Assembly (NCBI GenBank): GCA_951406725.2
Contig: OX597819.1
Span: forward strand, 109,244,001 to 109,308,000
DNA from: Octopus vulgaris
Taxonomy: Eukaryota
Direction of reading: 5' to 3'
Length of the DNA: 64,000 bases
The notes beneath the pieces are model-generated. The model was not told the DNA's origin, searched no databases, and worked only from the letters and a program-made list of their open reading frames with translations. A program made the position numbers and the translations under genes. This document shows positions 1-11,981 of the stretch, piece after piece; positions within the stretch are counted from its first letter, which is position 1, and each line of letters begins with the position of its first letter.

Positions 1-621
1 CTGGACACGAAGCGCGCCATGCCTCGCGATGGATCTGAGGAGACTCAGGCGTCGGTAAAGAAAATGTTCGTCGGCGGCCTGGAAGAGACCACAAGCGAAG
101 AAGAAATCCGTGAACTATTCTGCCCGTACGGCAGGATTGAAAAAGTGGAAATGATTAAAGACAAGGCAACTGGTAAGCAGAAGCGTTTCTGCTTTGTCAC
201 CTTTGATGATTTCGACTCTGTAGACAAGTGTGTAATTAGAAAAAGATTTCCTTTAGGGGACAAAAGCATCGAAGTTAAGAAAGCTGTATCGAAGACTGAA
301 ATGGGCGGTCGTGGAGGAGCCGGAGGTCGTTCAGGCGGCCGCGGCGGTGGTGGAGGCGGCTACGGTGGAAACTGGGGATCGAACCAGGGTAACTACAACA
401 ACGGCGGCGGTTATTACCAAGGCAGTGACGGGCGCTACGGAGGCCATGGTTACAATAATGGCTATGGTAGTAATTTCGGATCCAATTACGGCAGCGGATC
501 TTTCGGTGGGGCCCAAAGACAAGGTAATTTCTCACATCGTAATACTAGTGGACCTTACGGTAGGGGTTACGGTAGAGGTGGTGGTGGTGGTAGTAGTAGT
601 ATGGGCGGATATAGACGTTAA
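1..621 (+). CDS. hnRNP A/B-family (A1/A2B1-like) RNA-binding protein, 5'-truncated by the window edge: end of RRM1, RRM2 and Gly/RGG-rich tail
   Basis: Frame is open from base 1 (LDTKRAMPR). RNP2 MFVGGL, RNP1-like KRFCFVTF, EVKKAVSK, a G/Y/N-rich tail and an M9/PY-NLS-like FGGAQRQGNFSHRNTSGPY. No intron in the visible CDS. Confidence 0.95.
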   Translation: MDTKRAMPRDGSEETQASVKKMFVGGLEETTSEEEIRELFCPYGRIEKVEMIKDKATGKQKRFCFVTFDDFDSVDKCVIRKRFPLGDKSIEVKKAVSKTEMGGRGGAGGRSGGRGGGGGGYGGNWGSNQGNYNNGGGYYQGSDGRYGGHGYNNGYGSNFGSNYGSGSFGGAQRQGNFSHRNTSGPYGRGYGRGGGGGSSSMGGYRR

Positions 622-3401
622 ACAACTCTTCTCATTTTTTTTCTTAGATTGGCAATAAGTGTGCGTATTCTGAAATGTAATGCTATATATATATTTATAT
701 ATATATATATATATAACATTACACTTAAGAATATCAACATTTCTATATTACATATATTTTAATGCAGACCCTACTTCCATCTAAACTCGTTTTGACCTAG
801 CTTAAAGAAATACACATCATAAATGTTCAGTTCCTGTTATGTGCAAATGTCATTTACCATATGAGAAAGATGAACAAAACAGATTCTGCGGTGCCATGGC
901 AGACATTTCCTGCTGTTGGGAACCTCTCACATAGTTTCTATGTTCTTTTTTATTTAAGGTAATCTTCAAGTTTTTGACACAAAACCTAAACGACTGCGAG
1001 AATGATAAAGTATGATTTTCGTTATGGCGTTTAGGTTTGTTGTTTTAAATGAAGGACTACCCATTTAAAATTTATTTCCTTGTGTTGGTTAGTTCTCGAC
1101 CCAGATTCAATTTTCTCGGAGCTTTATATTCCTTTTGGTGTCGACGTTAAGTAAACACCTATGGGGAAAAGGCATGAATCACAAAAATTATTCATATCGC
1201 TTCACTCTTATCTATGAAAAAGCATTTGTTTCAATGTCTCTTGCCGAATGCCGCGTGTTCTCCCTTTCATACCTCCACCTGGGATAACATGAAATATACA
1301 TTTATTAGCTTTTTTTTCTTTTCTTTTTTTTTTTTTTTACACAAGTAGTCTTGATAGGGAAAAGGGAGGGACAAATGGCACCCCCCCTATCTCTCGATTG
1401 TATTTTTTCTTCCTAATTTATAACGTACTTCTAAAATGATTCAGACCTTAAGTTTTTGACATCAAATTTGAAACGCAATGAGCTCAATTAATGCTTCTTT
1501 AACTAAGGACAGTTATGGCTAAATGATATACAAATCTTTTTCTTGAAATTTTAAAACAAATTTCTCTAATTACATCTTGAAGAAAATTTGTAACTCTAGT
1601 GTATAACTCTTAGCTCCATGTGCTTGTTTCAGGTTTACCTTCAAAAACTAAAGGACTAATTATAAAAAAAAATAACCCATTGTCAACGAGGGGAAAATAT
1701 TTGAAAAGAAATATAGTTTATAAAGAAATCTCCATCTGAAGATCCTAAATAGTAATGTGAATATTATGATTTAGGTATTTCATTTTACATATTGCCTAAG
1801 GAAAAAAAGCTACAAACTCTGGAATTTTATCAAACTCTTGATGTTTATCAAAACAACAAAAAGAAAAAAAAAAGAATACTAAAACGTGGGAAAAATGTAA
1901 CTCCACCTGCCAAAATGTTCATCCAAAACAAGATTCATTTTTGAACAGTTCTTTAAATATACTCAACATTATTTATTTACAAACTAATCTTTTACTATTT
2001 CATTAGAAATGGCATAAAACGTCACAACATCTCCCTTTAAATAACTCTGAGGGTTTCATGCACATTTGTGAGAAGCTTATTTAAGTGTTTGTAGAGTATA
2101 AAGGGAAGACGCTCTCGGGCGACATGAGTCGAATCCGCGGCCCGGGTTCGATTTCCGCTCTTAGCGATATTCACTTCACTTTACATCACTTAGGTCGCTA
2201 TTGCCCTCCAGAAAGTCATGAACGTCACAGTTACCTACATTTATTTCCATTCTCCAATCCTTCAAGTACCTGTATGAAGCAATTACTATTTGTGTATGTT
2301 TGTATGTATGTATGTTTCCTTGCCAACCCACCCATGCCATTTCCGTTACATTGGTAAAAACCTGTCATAAAGGCCAATTTAGAGCCGTTTGTTTTTTTTA
2401 ATATTATGTAAGGGACAACAAACTATATTAGTATATTAAAATGAAATTTGGATTACTACATTTATATGCTTTTTGTTACTTTATTACTTACGATTTAAAA
2501 AAATACTGTCTTATGTATATATATCATGCTGCCTTAGTAGCTCGCATGGTCTTTAGCAGCATGAGTTACCATTCTTTTAATTCCACTTACTCATTTTATG
2601 ATGTGTGTCGAATGAAGCAAGTTTCCATTTCTTGATATCGCATACATTATCGTGTAAAGAAAATGGTAGAGGAAAAATGTTAACTCCATGCTAAGCAAGA
2701 GAGTTGGCGAAGTATCTCAGGAGTTATAAAAGGTAAATTATATTTTGATTTTGCTGTGTCTATATCAATTGTCTCTGGAGCTAGTTTTAATTATTATTTA
2801 TTCACTTCGGAGAGCAGTGAAAAGAAGACCAAAGAGGTAAGCTCCCCTCCAGCCAGCCGAATATGTGGATCTAGTTTTGATTCCCGATTCCGTTTGCTTC
2901 ACATACGCTGCAGTAGTCGTTGACAAAAGCATGAGCGTCATATTTTATTTTCTCACTAAATTCCTTCATGGCCTAACAGATTACTCGTTATTCCATGGTG
3001 GGGTTAGGGAGTGTCAGAATCAGTGTTGGACTAAATGCTTTGTGATATTTTGTTTCGTCTTTCTTCGATTTCAGTTTAAATTTCAAAGGGATTAATTTTG
3101 GGTCTTTCATTTTTTATGGAGTTGAATATGTGATGTTATGGAAGAAGTACCCTTTCACGGCGTTTTCTGAAGATTCTTCGGATATGTTTTAAAACATCGG
3201 GGATATTGATTTTTTTTTATATCAAAATTTCATTCTCAATCTTGTTTCGTGTGTACGCGATTGGGATGGCTTTTAATTTTTTTTTTTGTCAAAACATTTC
3301 TAAATTGATTATTTATTTAGTAAATTAAATTTTTTTTCTCATTTTCAATTTACACAAGACAATTAAATTCGATGGGACAGTCCAATTCTTTCTAAGCTTT
3401 C

Positions 3402-3432
3402 TGCGCATGCGCAAATTTCGTTTGGCGCCATT
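3402..3432. promoter_or_regulatory. Cluster of NRF1-like (TGCGCATGCGCA), E2F-like (TTTGGCGC) and YY1-like (CGCCAT) motifs
   Basis: Motifs read directly in otherwise CpG-poor DNA. They could instead be RNA-structure elements. Confidence 0.3.
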
Positions 3433-5114
3433 GGATTTCGATTAATTCGATTTGAATGAAGCAATATCTTGCACGCCAAAAGAGTTTTATTTTAATTATT
3501 CTCAAAATGACTACACCACTAGTAAATTATACTGTTCTTTCGATTCTGATGTTCTGGAGTTTTAAAAAAAATTCCTGATTGCTAGTCAGAACACGTGTGA
3601 CTGTCGGTGTAGCATCATTTGGAGCTGAACGGGCTCTTGATGGTGTTATTTAGATATCATCCTCATTTTGCAAAAATATACATTTCTGTACGAAAGGAAA
3701 CGTTTAATGGAACGTTGAGTTACCATTGAACGTGATGTTCATTCTCGTTTATGACTTCGCAAGTGGGGTACCAGTTGATGTCCGTTGCACAAGTTCATGT
3801 TGAAAAGGGAACTGGTTCAGTGTAACGAGCATTGCTGGGAAATTTGTTCCCTAAAAAAGTAAAATTGGCATCCTTTCCTTAAAGGAGTGCCGTTAAAATC
3901 GGTACTCCCTGTCCATGAAATACAGATTGTTGAAAAATTAATTTTAAAAATCAAGTTAGAATCGTTTTTTGAGAAAACTACTAAAAGAGAGATTTCCTTA
4001 TGCATGCACCAGAGTAAACTGCTGATATCTTGGAAGATATTGTAATCTCTCGCCAGGTTCAATTATGATCGCCTGGCTAACCTTGGCTACATTAGGGGCG
4101 GTATACAGCTTAATTATTTAGAACAATATTGGGCACGAATGAGAGGACACCAAACGTAGATGTGCATCAGTTTCCCAGATAAAATAGTACTACCTGGATG
4201 AAGCAATGTACAGATAATTTCTACACATTTTAAAAACCCGCCGATATTTATTCCCAGTGATTTTTAAATGCTATGCTGAAATATTAGTTTCGTATGACCG
4301 CCATTTGTATTGTAATATCATGTTTATCTCCGATGTTTTAAAATATAAAACTCCGAAAAAGTCTTCAATGGAAAAGATAACTTTTTCCAACTCGCCAAAT
4401 AAGTTCCAGGTAATGCTGGGCTTTATTAATATTCCCTTTATGTAAAATATTGTCATTCCTTTTGGGACTGTTTTAACTATCAAATTGAGTGGCTGGAAGA
4501 ATGCATTGATTTACCAAATATCCTATCATTTAACATTTGCTGTGATGCTCTACTAATTATTTATCTTTTACCGACAACTATGTGTTTACAGTAATTATAT
4601 ATGTTTGAAAAATAATGGTATATTTGTATTTTAATTCTGAAAATTCGAATCCTCTCGGCAATATAGGACAGGCAATTTGTTTAATCAAGTTTTAGTGTTA
4701 GCTCATTCATTCAAAAATTTTCATATTTTTTTCATTTTTAACAAATCAACCAACCACCTCCATCTCCTATATAAGAAAGTTAAGACATTTACCAACTATT
4801 TTTCATTTAGCTATTCCCATTTGGAACTTATTTTCACCTCGGTTTCTATTTCACCTTTTATTTCTGACATTGTGAAAAGTTTTTAAGAAACGTCCCTAAT
4901 CGGCGTTTGGGCCTTTTTTTTAAGTCAAAAATTCCTTTCAGTTTAATAAGAATAATTCACCTAAGTCCCCCTTTTCTCCTGTTACTTAAAATACAAAAAT
5001 ATACCAATATATTTCTTAGATCACCCAACAATTTTGTGTAAGTATAATTGTTTTGGTGACTTACATTCCCGAAGATTAGGTTTTTGAATTCACGAGTCAT
5101 CTGTGGCATCGTGG

Positions 5115-5183
5115 TAACTAACATTTAAATTCCTTTTATTGCAGGTCGATGTAGAGAATTTACTTTATCAGAGAAGCCCCATG
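5115..5183 (+). other. Candidate 3' splice site and small non-coding exon downstream of paralog 1
   Basis: Branch point TAACTAAC (5115-5122), pyrimidine tract, TGCAG| at 5144 and a weak donor ATG|GTGGTT at 5184. Confidence 0.4.
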
Positions 5184-6024
5184 GTGGTTCTTTTAGATTT
5201 TTCACTTGAATTATTTTCTAATTGGCATTCAAGAGTGACGTATTGTGTTTTAGTTATTAATTAAAAAAAAAAACTATATAATGGTATTTCCATAATTTGA
5301 CTGGGATGGATATATATGTGTGTGTGTGTGTCTGTCTGTCTGTCTAAGAATCCATAAATCAGAAAAAAATATGTACTTGCATATTTGTTAGAGTGGGTAT
5401 ATTAATCGAAGTGTACAATATCCATTGCAGACGATTAGTTTCGTCGGGTATTATTAAATAAGTCCTATTATGAAACCCTCTCAAGACTGACTCTACTAAA
5501 ATAATAATTGAAAACCCAAAATCGCCAAAGCGATTTGAGAGCCCCGGTATCCTGAGTTCAGTTCATACATCTGCTTTCTCTGGATTGGGTAAATTCTGAG
5601 GCAAGTGTTCTATGGTCAGATGCTGTTCCTATCACCAACCCTCACCTGCTTTTCAAATTACAAATTTTAATTGCAGTTTCACTCGTGATTCTGGGCATGC
5701 CGAGGCTATGGAAAACATTTCCAAGATACCATAATGGGATGGTAGCCGAGAGACCATGTAGTTGGAAAACAAACTGCTCAAGCTACCAGGACTTAAGTAA
5801 ACCAATACCGGTTGTCAAGCGGTGCCGGTGGAACTTCTTTCAGGTTCCGTCTACCAAATTCCCTGAAGATTTAATCCGAGGCTATTATTAGGAAATGCTT
5901 ACTCAAATCGAGAATTTTTAATTGTTTTGGGTTTATATATTCGAAGATTCAATAATCCTGTGTAATCTAGATTGTCGAAAACGTATGTCTGCAAAATATC
6001 ATTTAAAAATATGCATTTTGAAGA

Positions 6025-6330
6025 GGAGCGTAAGAAGTTTTGCTTCCTGACCACATGGTGATGGATCCATTTCCACAGCGTGGCACTTATAGCGTTGTTC
6101 CATAGCCCTTGGCTGACCAATGTCTTTTGGATGGATTTGGTAGAAGAAAACTGAAAGAAGTCCGTCCTGTATATACACACAGCAGTTTAGCATAATAGAT
6201 CGAACCGACAAAATTACCAGGCTTAAATTAAAAAAAAAAATTCAAATTAAAAGGGCTGTCTTGTTCGAAATCCCTTCTAAGCAGCATCCAATATGGCTGC
6301 AGCCTAATGACTGAAACAAGTAAAAAGGTA
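6025..6330 (+). mobile_element. Degenerate tRNA-derived SINE (family S1)
   Basis: Similar to 26700-26858 and 54370-54685 (gtaagaag..cttcc..ccacatgg ... ggatttggtaga..aaactgaaagaag). Confidence 0.65.
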
Positions 6331-6747
6331 ATCAGTCTACATTCTCGAAAGCTTATTTCTGCGAAAGTTCATTTAGAATTATGCTTTTTTTTCTTATAAG
6401 TTATGCAGAAACTTAGCTGTCTGTAATTATAACCCTAACCACACAATCATGCATGCACAATAATTGGTATTGCAGAATATAAATAAATATATATATAGTC
6501 CATTTAATGATGTATAGTTTTTTTTTGTAAGTTCTCGCAATTAAATGCAATTATTCCTAGGGAGCGAACTTTTAGATAACATTAGGATATCAAAGGTTTT
6601 ATAAAATTGCTAATTGTTATAATTTTGGCATCTATTTTACTAAACCATGCTTGTCATGCATATATTCATCTATGCATATAAACTCTCTATTGAATGTTTA
6701 CAATCTGAATTTTTGCAACTTTGACGTTATGTATATACACATGCAAG

Positions 6748-7120
6748 CATGGCTGTGTGGTTGAGAAGTTTGTTTCCATGTGGTCTCGGGGGGTTCAGTC
6801 TCATGGCATAAAATAAGTCTTTTTATAACCCCAGGCTAACCAAAGTATTGTGAGTGGATTTGATCTGCTAAACCTTCGGTCATTCATCAGAGCAGTAAGG
6901 GAGCCCAGTTGTGTGTATGCCTTTGCCCTTGTCTTGATGGTTGTAAATGAGTCACCGTCATACAAGCGGTTTGTTCCCAGTTTTCTGTGAAACATATCTG
7001 GCTATGGGGAAATGATACTTTGCTTCGAAACAAATGAAGGTTGGTGACAAGAAGGGAATCTGGTCATAGAGAAGCTGCCTCGACAAATTCTAACCCATGA
7101 GCATGATGGTGCAAAGATGA
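6748..7120 (+). mobile_element. tRNA-derived SINE (family S1) with RTE-like 3' tail
   Basis: Head ggctgtgtggttgagaag...gggttcagtc. Tail gaagggaatc...acccatgagcatg resembles the RTE 3' end. Confidence 0.6.
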
Positions 7121-8289
7121 ATGTGTTTGTGTGAATTTCGTCTGGTAATTGGAAAGTAAATTTGCCTGTGTTGGGTGAATTTACTTTTTCTTTCCTTTCT
7201 CTTTCTCTAAAATAGCAGCAACTTTAAACTTCTTATCTAACCATGATGATCCTTTTTATTCTTCCTGTTTCAACAGTCATCATTCAGTAACTGAAAGACG
7301 TCTTCGCCAGTTTTGCAGATAAAGGTGGCCTCCATTTTAATTTACTTGTATTATCTAATTTAATTCTTTTAATTAGAAGATAACTTTATCAACTTAAATG
7401 CTTTATCTTTTGCCACTCTGTTGTATCAAAAGGGACCCTTCAATACCCAGGAATGGTCCCTCATGTTGCTTTCTTCTGAATTCACTGAGAGTTAACCAGA
7501 ATCTCAGTAAAATATATACTACCTGGTAATGAGCTGATGGTAGGCTAGCATAGACAAATTTATGGTAAAACATTGAGCATTGATTCAATTAACTCTTCAC
7601 TCTTGCAGAGCTTACTTTGTACCAATTATATAGAACTTCACTTCTTAGTGATGACCTGTTTAAGCTAGGTTGGCTAAGGTCAGAAAACTTCTATTTTTCT
7701 GACTATTTTTTTAATGAGTAGAGCCTGTGTTTTATCTACTTTTCAATCAAAATTTTGGAACAGTTTCATAAGATATCTTTATATATGTTGGTGTTGATAC
7801 CTCAAAATGCTGTTCCAGTTGTGAGAGTTTTTATTTTTAGAGCTTTTGTGTGTAAGCATGTTTACCATCCCCTTCAGTTGGGTGGACAGTAGTAGAAAAG
7901 GAATTTAACTGTAAAAGACAAAATACACTTCTCAAAGTATAATGAATGTAAAAGAATTCTAGTATCAATACAAATTTTTAGATAGATTTTTTTGATGAAT
8001 TATTTTAAGATAAATGTATAATTTAAGTTTTTTTTTTTCTTTATTTCTTTCAGACTTAATCCACAGTTGTATTCTTTTGGTGGCAACTTCTCACTGCTTG
8101 ATCGAAGGGATGCTTTTCAAGTGCCTATTACCAGGTTGAGTCAAGTTTGTTTATTTTTCCATTGTGTTTTTAGTAACTTATGTCATTGATTCAATACTTG
8201 TTCAATTTCAATTGCTCAATTATTTATTCTTCGTTTTTTATGTATAATATATAACCATTGTTTATTCTTTATTTTGCAGCTTTGATAAT

Positions 8290-8560
8290 CAATGGTGAAA
8301 AAATTGCAATTAGAGCCAGTTTATACTACCTGTGGAAAAAGACTGCAAGGGTAGTAACAAAAGAAATGAATGAGGGCCCAAGAATTGTCAACAAATGTTT
8401 GATGCTACCCTCAACGACAGGCCAAGGTTAAGACCTTCTGTTGTGGAAGATGAGGCCTTGCTTGAAATGGTTGAACAAATCAAGAACCAACACTTCCATA
8501 AACTTGGTCTTATAAGTGGATGTTGTCAAGATGTTCCCCATGAACAGACCGATGACTTGT
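8290..8560 (+). mobile_element. Degenerate mariner transposase 5' fragment
   Basis: Frame-hopping translation EKIAIRASLYYLWKK...RPSVVEDEALLEMVEQ...DVPHEQ (HTH region and WVPHEL-like motif). Confidence 0.5.
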
Positions 8561-9270
8561 GAATATTTGCAAAACATTTTTTTGACTTGACCTGGACGTT
8601 TTGTCTCAAAACCAGTTTGTTGCTAAGCAAAGACTGGCAAATGATGCTAAATCCTGGACGCTTCTCTCTGTCCTCTGTACAATTCTTCATCACTTCCACA
8701 AACATTTTTAGTGACTCATTGTATCTTGTAACATTTTCTAACTAAATTGGTCATTGTTTCTCATTGACTCACATATCTGTTACTTCACCTAGAGATTTTC
8801 AGGTACTCTGCTGATACACTATAGCATTTTCTGAAAGAAAAAAAATCACAAGAGTGTATCGTGGTTGTAACATAGTACAGCATATTGAAACCAATTGTGT
8901 TTTTAATTCTAGATCCTTCTACTTTCATTCCAGCAGCACCTACCTTCACTGAGTTACTAAGTATGCCCTTTGTACAGGATTCATTTTCAACTCCTTGTAG
9001 AAACTGGTGTTTGTGAGTAGAAGGCACCATCACCTTCTGATCAGGTTCCTTTCAACACAGAAAAGTTCAATGCAACCTGTTTTCTTGCAGTGCTTCTACC
9101 AACAATTACTAATTTCCTTTTGTGGAAAGTAGCTTACTGAAGCCTCCTTGGTTTTTAACTTTTTCCTTTCGTTACTCATGGTTTAAGTTTCAATATGTTG
9201 CTATGGGCAATGGCACTTCAGACTTACAGCTTATTAAGCTTCGCTAAAGCTAAAATTTCAAGCTTTAAAA

Positions 9271-11435
9271 CTTCTCACTTTGACCGGCAGATTTAAAAAA
9301 TAATTCTTTGCTGCTAAACACTTTTAAACTTTGTATAGTGGTAGAATGTCACATAAAACATCTTTTTCTGTTGGCGTTCTTGAGAAAATTATGTAGTTTC
9401 TAAGCTATTTGTTAAACTTCTCGTATTTTGGCAATTTCAACCTATCAATGACATTGAGGTGAATACAATTACTGCTGTTTGTCACAGTTATTTATGACAT
9501 TTTGTTTGAGATATGCATGTGTATAAAATTATTTTCGTTTGATTTTAGCCTTTCAGTTTATTTTGTTTATTAATTGTTAAACTATTTTCGTTTGCTTTTA
9601 GGTTTACTTTGTTTCTTTTTTGTGTGTGTGTGTGTGTGTGTACATATTGTTTGAATTGTAAATTACTTTGTTTTTTGAAAATAAGTAGTCTAGGCGAGTT
9701 GCTTGTAATAAAAACAGAGGAGGATATGGAGGGGTATTATACCCAGTACTAATAAATTTTAGAAAAGGGCACTTAATGCAAAAGAAATTGGTAGGGAAGA
9801 ATGTTTGCTGGTGGTATAGTCGCAAAGGTTGCTGTGAGAGAGTGTCTGTCTGAAAGGGGACATGGCTAGAAGTTACCACACTTCCTCTGCAGACTGTAGT
9901 CATTTTTTTGTACTCTTGGGTCAAGGAACTGACTGCAGTGTGTTATTGTGTAGAAGAGCTGGATGTGAGCCACAGTGCAGCTGTGGATTACAACAATTAT
10001 GTGAGAGAAGTATGCGCACATGACTTGCTCATGAACCCAGTTGTAAAAGATTGGACATAGACAAGACAGTCTTCTCTAGGAGAAAGTATAATCGAGGGAA
10101 GTTGCTACCTCAGCAATGGGTATTCGGAGTAGTGTGTTGTGAGACCAGGGAAGTTTTTCTTTATGCGGTACCTTGATGGAATCACGACACACTTGAATAA
10201 TGCATCCGCCACTCGATCCTCCCAGGTACCGCAATATTTACTAACCTGTTGAAGGCTTATTCACATATTCCAGAGATAGAGGATACAATTTTTGACATGG
10301 AACAGTGTACCACAGCGTCCAATTTGTTAACTCTTGATAACACACTTACCCAACAAATAGAGAGTACTTGGGCGTGTTTAAAACGGGGTAACAAGCGAAT
10401 TTTAGTAATTTTCCGGAATCTCTGTATCCGAAAAGCTGGGTTTTTGGACCCCCCCCCCCCATAATTCAGTTATATATATACGTTTGCATACGTGGTGATA
10501 CACTTGTATAGCTGTGGCTACACACATACATACACACATTGTATGTATCTGTGCAACAAAGAGGGAAATTAAAACTGTATATGTTGTGAACTTAGAATAT
10601 GTGTTTATTAATAAAAAATTTTCTCTATGCGGTAAATTGACGGAATCACGATACACTCGATTAATGCATCCGCCACTTGATCCTCCTGGGTACCACAATA
10701 TTTAATGACCTGTTGAGGGCTTATTCACATATTCCAGAGATAAGAGGGATACAATTTTCGACATAGAACGGTGTACCACAGCGTTGTTTGTTAACTCCGT
10801 TGATAACACACATAGAGTACTTGGGCGTGTTTAAAACGGAGTAACAAAAGATTTTTGGTAATTTTCCGGAATCTCTGTATCCGAAAAGCTGGGTTTTGGG
10901 CAAAAAAACGATAATTCAGTTATATATATATATACGTCTGCATACGTGGAGATACACTTGTATAGCTGTGGCTACACACACACACATATATATATATTGG
11001 CATACATACACATAGCTGTGCAACAAAGAAGGAAATTAAAACTGTATATGTTGTGAACTTAGAATATGTGTTTATTAATAAAAGTTTAATAACGATAATC
11101 ATTTATTCATACGAACGTAACTGATATGAAATATGTCATAAATAACAGCTGACAATCGAAATATACACTGCCAGAACTTCTTGTTGACAAACAGTAGTAA
11201 TTGTATTCCCCTCAATAGATGTCATTGATTGGTTGAAATTGCCAAGATAAGAGAAATTTAACAAATAGCTTAAAAGCTATAACAATTATGTGAGAGAAGT
11301 ATGCGCACATGACTTGCTCATGAACCCAGTTGTAATAGTTGGTCCTGGGAAGATTGTTGACAGTATACGAAGTTTAAAAGTGTTTAGTTACAAAAAATTA
11401 TTTTAAAAATCTGCTGGTCAAAGTGAAAAGATCTC
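9271..11435 (+). mobile_element. Merlin (IS1016/ISXO2-like DDE) DNA transposon, degenerate, with long TIRs and an internal duplication
   Basis: ~210-bp inverted repeats at 9271-9485 and 11185-11430. Peptide remnants FSRRKYNRGKLLPQQWVFG, ILPGTAIFT..KAY and TQQIESTWACLK. About 10190-10615 is duplicated at 10645-11080. Confidence 0.85.
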
Positions 11436-11981
11436 TTGTCCCCAACAACCTCACCCCCCAAAAAACAGTTGAATTTTTCATCATTAGCTTGAAACTACAT
11501 CTATAAAAAATTTGATAAAACAATCAGGTGTGTCAAACCAAAAAGATCCCATGCATTACTTAGTAATATTTGTAATGCACATTAATGTCTTCTAAGTTAA
11601 ATAAACTAATTTTATTAAAACCTGGTATTTTTCTTGGTGTTTTCTTTATTTTAGTACAATTTCTCATGTGGTTGCCATTCATCATTAATTTGGTGATATT
11701 TATAAAGTTTATTTTCACACTTAAAATAATTTTCTGTTTATTTTAATATTAGAAAATTTTTATGGTTACCTGTTCAAGGTGATGCAACTTCAATTTAAAC
11801 CATAAAATTTCCAGTTATTTTAATATAAATTCATTCTGTTCAATATTTAGACAAAGGCTTAGATTTCAACAGAAATATAACAAAAGACGAATAGCATAAC
11901 TGAAGGGGCAGTCCTTTGGACACAATTTCTTGTTCCTAAAGCTTCTAAACTTAGTTAATACATAAAATATCTTTTCTTTCA

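Larger units (their letters stand above)
622..5500 (+). other. Structured non-coding 3' domain of hnRNP paralog 1 (long 3'UTR, 3' intron or embedded ncRNA)
   Basis: No recognisable SINE/LINE until ~5540. Many hairpins (824-876, 2117-2206, 2524-2563, 3610-3648, 3806-3908). Collinear motif matches to 50112-54360. Confidence 0.6.

Noticed and set aside
1126-1139. U17/snR30 m1-like ATATTCCT, within ATATTCCTTTTGGT shared with 51611-51624
   Set aside because: No AAACCAT m2 motif or ACA. The match is also out of collinear order, so it was not used as homology evidence.
2110-2170. tRNA gene or SINE head (GGTTCGATTTCC B-box-like)
   Set aside because: No A box, D arm or cloverleaf; the motif is one arm of a 12-bp hairpin.
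3610-3648. miR-29-like TAGCATCATTTG, and a miR-15-like TAGCAGCA at ~2554
   Set aside because: The first has a seed mismatch and lies on the wrong arm; both hairpins are too short for pre-miRNAs.
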